Shown in pieces: positions 58,072-64,000 of a stretch of 64,000 nt of DNA. Source of the DNA: Patescibacteria group bacterium (GTDB lineage Bacteria > Patescibacteriota > Microgenomatia > Levybacterales > UBA12049). Numbering within the stretch: position 1 is the first letter of the stretch; each line of letters opens with the position of its first letter. Below the pieces are notes generated by a model. That model did not search any database and was not told the DNA's origin. It worked only from the letters and a program-made list of their open reading frames with translations. The position numbers and the translations under genes are program-made. The stretch is taken from NCBI GenBank assembly GCA_026004395.1, contig BPJB01000001.1, positions 327,343 to 391,342 on the forward strand. The letters are read 5' to 3'.

Positions 58072-59745
58072 ATGAAAAAAAACATTATTTTTTTGGCAAT
58101 TATTTTCATCGCCATTATTTTTCGTTTCTCTGCATTAGGCAAAATACCAATATCACTTTATTGGGATGAAGCTGCAGTTGGTTATAATGCCTACAGTATT
58201 TTATTAACAGGCAAAGATGAATATGGTAATTTTTTCCCTCTTCTTTTTCGTTCATTTGAAGATTACAAGATGCCTGCATATGTTTATTTGACAACAATTC
58301 CTATTGGATTTTTTGGTCTTAATGAGTTTTCTGTACGATTTGTATCGGCATTTGCGGGAGTGACTGCGGTTTTATTAACTTACTTTTTAACACGATTACT
58401 CTTTATTCAATTTTCCAGTTCTCAAAAGAATATTTTAAAAGAGAAGAGTAATGCAATTGCGCTTCTTGGATCATTCTTGCTTGCAATTTCACCTTGGCAT
58501 CTTCAGTTTTCACGAACTGGATTTGAGGCAAATGTAGCGTTAACTACATTTCTTGCAGGATTTTATTTTTTCTTTAGATCTTTTTTAAATCAGAAATATT
58601 TTCCTTTTGCTTTTTTCTTTTTTACTCTTAGTTTCTATCTTTATAGAAGTATTTTTATTTTTTTACCGGTCGTTTTAATCGGCTTATTAATTATTTTTCG
58701 TAGAGAGCTTTTTTCTTTAGAGCGCAGAGGAAAAACAATTATGACTTTGATAGTGTTTATTATTTGTATAACGCCAATAACTTATGCAGTATTTTTTGGT
58801 CCGGGAAGAGTAAGAGCCGATCAGGTCAGTGTCTTCCGACATTCTCAGGAAGCATTATCAGAAAATTTACAAAAACAACAAGAAGGTAATACTTATATTT
58901 CACGAGTGCTGTATAATCGTCGTATAACTTACGCTAGGATTACAATCCAAAATTATTTATCTCATTTTTCTCCAGCGTTTTTATTTCTTAGCGGTGATGG
59001 TAATGGAAGGCATACTGTTAAAAATATGGGAGTGCTTTATAGGTGGGAGATACCATTTCTCCTTTTGGGATTTTTTCTGATATTAAGAGAAAAGAGCAAA
59101 TTAAGACTAATTATTATACTTTGGATATTTGCAGCACCTCTAGCAGCGAGTCTAGCCACACCTTCTCCTCATGCATTGCGTTCATTAAATATGCTTCCTG
59201 TACCACAGATATTAACTGCAACTGGAATTACTTTTGTTTTCTTTAAGCTGCAAAGAAGATACAGGATAGCCTTTTTTTTGCTGATGATTTTAGTAGTGTC
59301 TCTGTTTTTTAATCAATATTGGAAGGAATATAATTATCATAATACTGTCACAGCTAGTGCTGACTGGGCTGATGGCTACAAACAGTTGGTATCTGAAGTA
59401 CAAAAAAGAGAAAAAGATTATGACAAGATAGTTATTTCTGGATATTATTGGCAGCCTTATATTTATTTTCTTTTTTACACAAGATATGATCCTTACTTAT
59501 TTCAACATTCGGGTAAAAAAGAAAGATTTGGCAAGTATGTATTTGGTGGAACTGAATGGGATAAGGACAGGGGAAGAAGCGAATTACATAATGTTGATCT
59601 TGTAAGGTTTGCAGGTTCTAGGAATATTCTTGTGGCTTTATCTCCATCAGAATATCAAGCACATTCTAATGAACTGCAAAAAATCACAGAAATTAAGAAT
59701 GCAAAAAATGATACTATTTTTATTCTTGGATCGCTGAGGAAATAA
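58072..59745 (+). CDS. GT-C glycosyltransferase, PMT/ArnT-like, paralog family B
   Basis: ISLYWDEAAVGYNAYSILLTGKDEYGNFFPLLFRSFEDYKMPAYVYLT. 557 aa. Confidence 0.7.
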   Translation: MKKNIIFLAIIFIAIIFRFSALGKIPISLYWDEAAVGYNAYSILLTGKDEYGNFFPLLFRSFEDYKMPAYVYLTTIPIGFFGLNEFSVRFVSAFAGVTAVLLTYFLTRLLFIQFSSSQKNILKEKSNAIALLGSFLLAISPWHLQFSRTGFEANVALTTFLAGFYFFFRSFLNQKYFPFAFFFFTLSFYLYRSIFIFLPVVLIGLLIIFRRELFSLERRGKTIMTLIVFIICITPITYAVFFGPGRVRADQVSVFRHSQEALSENLQKQQEGNTYISRVLYNRRITYARITIQNYLSHFSPAFLFLSGDGNGRHTVKNMGVLYRWEIPFLLLGFFLILREKSKLRLIIILWIFAAPLAASLATPSPHALRSLNMLPVPQILTATGITFVFFKLQRRYRIAFFLLMILVVSLFFNQYWKEYNYHNTVTASADWADGYKQLVSEVQKREKDYDKIVISGYYWQPYIYFLFYTRYDPYLFQHSGKKERFGKYVFGGTEWDKDRGRSELHNVDLVRFAGSRNILVALSPSEYQAHSNELQKITEIKNAKNDTIFILGSLRK

Positions 59746-59782
59746 TTTATTGGATAATATAATTAATTATACTAAAAAGAGA

Positions 59783-61423
59783 ATGTTGCAAGATACAAAA
59801 CTAAATATAGTTTTACTAATTTGTATTACTCTTCTAGCAGGAGTGCTTAGATTTTGGCAGATAACTCAAGTACCTCCAAGTCTTTACTGGGATGAAGTCT
59901 CTCAAGCTTATAATGCATATTCTATACTTGCTACAGGCAAGGATGAGCATCAAGAGTTTTTGCCTCTTGCGCGTTTTCAAGCATTTGGTGACTACAAAGC
60001 TCCTGTCAATATTTATCTAACAGTAATTAGCATGTTGATATTCGGCAGAAATGATTTTGCTATTAGGTTTCCATCCGCTTTCTTAGGAACATTGACAGTT
60101 GTGTTGACCTATTTTTTGGTGCGTGAACTTTTTGCAAAATCGTCCTTATCAAAAACCATAGCATTATTTTCAGCCTTCTTGCTCTCAATATCACCATGGC
60201 ATATCCAGTTATCAAGAGCTGCGTATGAAGGGAATATTGCCACTTTTTTTACTGTTAGTTCTTTATTTCTTTTTTTCTACGCTCTCAATAAAAGACCGTG
60301 GTTTATTTTGATAAGTGCAATTAGTTTTGTCATTGCTTTTTATGCCTTTAACGCTCATAGAGTTTTTATTCCACTTTTTGTTTTATTCCTTAGTTTAATT
60401 TTCTTTAGAAAGTTGTGGGGCATAAAAAAACAAGTAATTTTTTCTATATTAATTGGTTTAGTAATGTTGATACCATATATTATTTTCTTTCAGACTCCTG
60501 AAAGCAAACTGCGATTTCAGGAAGTAAATATTTTCTCAGATCTGGAAACAATTAAAAAAGCAAATCAATTAATTGCAGATGATGGATCTACTTTAATTGC
60601 TAAATTAATTCATAACAGGAGAGTTCTTTTCGCAAGGGAATATTTGATTAATTATTTTGATTTTTTTAATCCCAACTATCTTTTTTTTGAAGGGGATATA
60701 AATCCGAGATTTTCGCATCGCTTTAATGGACAACTTTTTCTTTGGATCCTGCCATTTATTTTGGTAGGAATTTATGGTTTGTATAGTATAAAGAATAAAA
60801 CAACTTTAGTGTTATTAGGGTGGATTCTTTTGGCTCCAATTCCTGCAGCTGTGGCGAGGGAAACCCCGCACGCTCTCAGAAGTGAGACATTTATTCCCGT
60901 ATTTGAGATTATCGCGGCTGTGGGTATATCTTTTTGGCTTATTTATTTAAATCATAAAGCAAAGCGTTTCGTGCCAATAATTTTAGTGTTGTTAGGGATG
61001 ATTAGTATCTTTTCTGTTGTGGCTTTTTGGCATAATTATACTGTGCATAACCCTAAAATATTTTCAGCAGACTGGCAGTATGGATACAAAGATGCAGTAG
61101 AGTATATAGATTCTATCGATGATAAATACGATGCAATTTATTTCACAACAGAATATGGCCGTCCCTATATTTATGTTGCCTGGTATGGGAGGATTGCTCC
61201 TGAGGAGTATTGGTCAAAAGCAAATGTAGTTAAAGACTCATTTGGTTTTTATAACGTTTTGAGTCTTGGAAAATATCAGTTTGTTGAAAATCCTCCAGCA
61301 TTTGCAAAAAATAAAGTTTTATATGTTTTTTCAGAAAACAAAATTCCCAAAAACAGTAGAATACTTAAAAAAATATATTTTCTTAATGGAAATATAGCAT
61401 TCGTTATCGCTGAAAACACCTGA
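59783..61423 (+). CDS. GT-C glycosyltransferase, PMT/ArnT-like, paralog family B
   Basis: PSLYWDEVSQAYNAYSILATGKDEHQEFLPLARFQAFGDYKAPVNIYLT. The ORF track starts at a TTG at 59750; the ATG at 59783 aligns better with paralog N-termini. Confidence 0.7.
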   Translation: MLQDTKLNIVLLICITLLAGVLRFWQITQVPPSLYWDEVSQAYNAYSILATGKDEHQEFLPLARFQAFGDYKAPVNIYLTVISMLIFGRNDFAIRFPSAFLGTLTVVLTYFLVRELFAKSSLSKTIALFSAFLLSISPWHIQLSRAAYEGNIATFFTVSSLFLFFYALNKRPWFILISAISFVIAFYAFNAHRVFIPLFVLFLSLIFFRKLWGIKKQVIFSILIGLVMLIPYIIFFQTPESKLRFQEVNIFSDLETIKKANQLIADDGSTLIAKLIHNRRVLFAREYLINYFDFFNPNYLFFEGDINPRFSHRFNGQLFLWILPFILVGIYGLYSIKNKTTLVLLGWILLAPIPAAVARETPHALRSETFIPVFEIIAAVGISFWLIYLNHKAKRFVPIILVLLGMISIFSVVAFWHNYTVHNPKIFSADWQYGYKDAVEYIDSIDDKYDAIYFTTEYGRPYIYVAWYGRIAPEEYWSKANVVKDSFGFYNVLSLGKYQFVENPPAFAKNKVLYVFSENKIPKNSRILKKIYFLNGNIAFVIAENT

Positions 61424-63027
61424 TGAAAAAATACATAATAGTTGCCGTTATTGCATTGATTGGGATAATATCTAGATTTTATGATCTAGGTGATGTTCCA
61501 CCATCTTTGAATTGGGATGAAGTATCTATAGGTTATAATGCGTACAGCGTCTTGAAAACAGGCAGAGATGAATATGGAGAATTGTTACCTCTTTCATTTA
61601 GATCATTTGGTGATTATAAACAACCATTATATGTTTATTTTGCCATTCCATCTATCTTTCTTTTTGACCTAACTCCTTTTGCGGTGAGACTTCCCTCAGC
61701 GCTTTTTGGATCTTTAAGTATAGTTTTTGTTTTTTTTCTAGTTTATGAGCTTTTTTTTACTTCAGCGAAAAAGACTACAATTGCCAGTCTTACTGCCTTA
61801 TTGTACTCAATCTCTCCGTGGTCTATACAGTTTAGCCGTTTTGCTTCTGAGGCTAATGTAGCCTTAAGCCTTACACTCGGTGGAGTATGGTTGGTACTGC
61901 GCGGTACTCGAATAAAAAGTAAATTTATGATTCTTATCTCATTGCTGTTTTTTATCCTTAGCATGTATACCTACCATAGTCACAAAATCTTTACACCGTT
62001 TATTTTGCTGTCAATACTTTGGTTGAGAAAAGATTATTTTTTAAGCAATAAACGCTTTTTGGGAATACTTATTGCTTTGTTTTTTCTTGGTAATATATTT
62101 TGGCTAGTAGATGCAAATACAACACAGCGGGGAAGGAGCGTATTATTGACCTCTGAACAAACGCAACTTCTGGAGCAACCAATAAAATATCTTATAGAAG
62201 ACAAAAAAAATGGTGATATTTTAGGTGTACTGCTTCATAACAGAAGGATAATTTACTTAAAAACATATCTTAAAAACTACCTTTCACATTTTGATCCAAA
62301 TTTTCTTTTAATGATGGGTGATAATGCAAGACATCACGCTCCTGATATGGGAGTAGTATATCTTGTATCTCTACCATTTATAATTTTTGGCTTTTTATCT
62401 TTATGGAAGAGATACAAAAAAGAGGCGGTATTTCTCTCATTGTGGTTGCTTGGTGCGCCTGCAGTATCAGCACTAGCAATCAATGCACCCAGTGCAATTA
62501 GGAGTATGATGTTTCTTCCACTATGGCAGATATTTGCTGCATTTGGGATAATTTCCTTTTTGAGTCTAATTAAACATCAAACATTTAAGTACATCGGCAT
62601 ATTTTTAATTATACTTTTTTATTTTTTGAATATTTTTTATTACTTTCATCAATATTTTGTGCATACCAATAGAGAGTATGCCAGATATTGGCAATATGGA
62701 TATAAAGAGGCAATTGAATATGCATTATCGCTTCCCAAAAACACTCCAATTATTTTTAATCAAGATATTGAGCAAGCGCAAACATTTTATCTATTTTATG
62801 CAAAAGTAGATCCATCTCAATATCTTTTGAATGGTGGATCAAAAAGGATGAGAGATAAATGTTCTAATATAGATAATATTTATTTTGGAGAATGTTTGAC
62901 AAGAATTTCTAGCGGCTTTCTGATAACAGGTAATCCTCCTTCCATTTCTGCCAAAAAAATGAAGACTATTTTGTATCCCAATGGAGAAGAGGCTCTGGCA
63001 ATTTATTTTTTTGCCAAAAAATACTAG
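61423..63027 (+). CDS. GT-C glycosyltransferase, PMT/ArnT-like, paralog family B
   Basis: PSLNWDEVSIGYNAYSVLKTGRDEYGELLPLSFRSFGDYKQPLYVYF. The start overlaps the upstream stop (TGATG). Confidence 0.7.
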   Translation: MKKYIIVAVIALIGIISRFYDLGDVPPSLNWDEVSIGYNAYSVLKTGRDEYGELLPLSFRSFGDYKQPLYVYFAIPSIFLFDLTPFAVRLPSALFGSLSIVFVFFLVYELFFTSAKKTTIASLTALLYSISPWSIQFSRFASEANVALSLTLGGVWLVLRGTRIKSKFMILISLLFFILSMYTYHSHKIFTPFILLSILWLRKDYFLSNKRFLGILIALFFLGNIFWLVDANTTQRGRSVLLTSEQTQLLEQPIKYLIEDKKNGDILGVLLHNRRIIYLKTYLKNYLSHFDPNFLLMMGDNARHHAPDMGVVYLVSLPFIIFGFLSLWKRYKKEAVFLSLWLLGAPAVSALAINAPSAIRSMMFLPLWQIFAAFGIISFLSLIKHQTFKYIGIFLIILFYFLNIFYYFHQYFVHTNREYARYWQYGYKEAIEYALSLPKNTPIIFNQDIEQAQTFYLFYAKVDPSQYLLNGGSKRMRDKCSNIDNIYFGECLTRISSGFLITGNPPSISAKKMKTILYPNGEEALAIYFFAKKY

Positions 63028-63082
63028 TTACATCAAATTGATTTGATCTGTACTATAATATGTATATTCAGTTTCAGTAATC

Positions 63083-64000
63083 ATGAGTCTAGCAAAATTA
63101 CCAAGAAAGATTTTTAGTTGGATTAATAAAAGAGAGAATTTATTTCTTGTTGTTTTCTTTTTTATTATTTTTTCAGTATTATTGATTAATACTTTTCATG
63201 AAGAATATCCAGATGAATTCGATAACATCTTGGGTGGTTGGTATATTACCCATGGTATTCCTATTTATACAGGTTTTTTTACACACCATGGACCTGTTGC
63301 TTACTTCATAGCAGCGTTAATAACATTATTGAGTGGAAATTCATTTGTTCTTTTTCGGGTAATATTCTCTCTTGTAATCTTTGTGTATCTATTATGGTCT
63401 TATTCTTATATCAAATCGAGATTTGGAAAAGAAAGAACATATTTTTATCTTATTTTTATAGCTCTTATTTCTCTTGCAGGTAACTATTATTGGTTTCATA
63501 TGTTACTGGCAGATACATTGTCTGCATACTTTTTTGCTCCTGTGATTACTTTACTTCTTCTAGTCACTATCTCTAAAACACCCTTAATAAAAAAAGATAT
63601 AATTATTATATCTATACTGACTGCATTTTCAGTTTTGAGTTCTCTTACATTTATTTATTTTTCAATAATAGTGTATGCATATGCATTATATTGGTATCTA
63701 CAATCTAATTCATTGAAGATTTTTTCGCGCAAAGTCGGAGTGGTTATTCTAATTTTTGCTGCTCCCTATCTATTGTTTTTAACATATCTTCTTGTGACTT
63801 TTAGTTTGCAGGAGTATATATATCAAGGTTGGATATTTAATCAGCGGTATTATGTCTATAACTACCCCCGCCCAGAAGGATCTCTCTCTATCAATCCAGT
63901 TCGCTTTGCAATTGTTATAGCTCATAATTTCTATAACAGCTATTTTACTCTTTTAGAGCAAGTAAAGACTTTTAATCTTAACTTCCCATTAAATATTACG
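63083..64000 (+). CDS. Polytopic membrane protein, 5' part (continues beyond the window); likely another glycosylation-island membrane enzyme
   Basis: An open frame from the ATG at 63083 to the window end has no stop (MSLAKLPRKIFSWINKRENLFLVVFFF...). The six-frame track missed it because there is no in-window stop. Multiple TM helices. Confidence 0.5.
   Translation, partial: MSLAKLPRKIFSWINKRENLFLVVFFFIIFSVLLINTFHEEYPDEFDNILGGWYITHGIPIYTGFFTHHGPVAYFIAALITLLSGNSFVLFRVIFSLVIFVYLLWSYSYIKSRFGKERTYFYLIFIALISLAGNYYWFHMLLADTLSAYFFAPVITLLLLVTISKTPLIKKDIIIISILTAFSVLSSLTFIYFSIIVYAYALYWYLQSNSLKIFSRKVGVVILIFAAPYLLFLTYLLVTFSLQEYIYQGWIFNQRYYVYNYPRPEGSLSINPVRFAIVIAHNFYNSYFTLLEQVKTFNLNFPLNIT

Noticed and set aside
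1-64000. CRISPR arrays, rRNA genes, IS elements, phage integrases
   Set aside because: I scanned for regularly spaced direct repeats, 16S/23S-like conserved blocks and transposase/integrase motifs (DDE, tyrosine recombinase R..H..R..Y) and saw none. The repeated blocks I did see are protein-level paralogs (GT-C families), not nucleotide repeats.

Overview
This 64-kb window looks like one contiguous piece of a compact, AT-rich bacterial chromosome (visibly about one-third GC; genes tightly packed, often overlapping by ATGA or TGATG, with frequent GTG/TTG starts). The gene content fits a Candidate-Phyla-Radiation/Patescibacteria-like organism, but that assignment is inference, not proven. No rRNA, CRISPR array or obvious transposase/integrase is present.

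First half (1-33 kb): housekeeping, repair and signalling genes.
- RNA/DNA end-repair: a GT4–CapA–archease–RtcB–truncated HhH-GPD operon, with thpR/ligT, a stand-alone LigD 3'-phosphoesterase domain protein and an RRM protein nearby.
- Other core genes: mutS-mutL, rarA, eno-gpmA, lon (with an upstream CIRCE/HrcA-type operator) and corA.
- Signalling: two histidine kinases (one carrying an N-terminal MerR-like HTH), response regulators and a Crp/Fnr regulator.
- Cell envelope: a GH18 hydrolase, a D-Ala-D-Ala carboxypeptidase, a KGG stress protein, and two decayed pseudogenes in a GC-richer patch.

Second half (33-64 kb): a glycosylation island that continues beyond the window end.
- About 14 polytopic GT-C-like membrane proteins, in two clear paralog families. 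Family A has four copies. Family B, GT39/PMT/ArnT-like with a WDE motif, has four copies including a tandem triplet.
- These are interleaved with three GtrB/Dpm1/ArnC-like polyprenyl-phosphate-sugar synthases (GT2), other GT2/GT4 enzymes and a Wzx-like flippase.
- One tRNA-Glu(CTC) sits inside the island.

This extreme, modular expansion of lipid-linked-sugar donor synthase plus GT-C transferase units is the most unusual system in the window.
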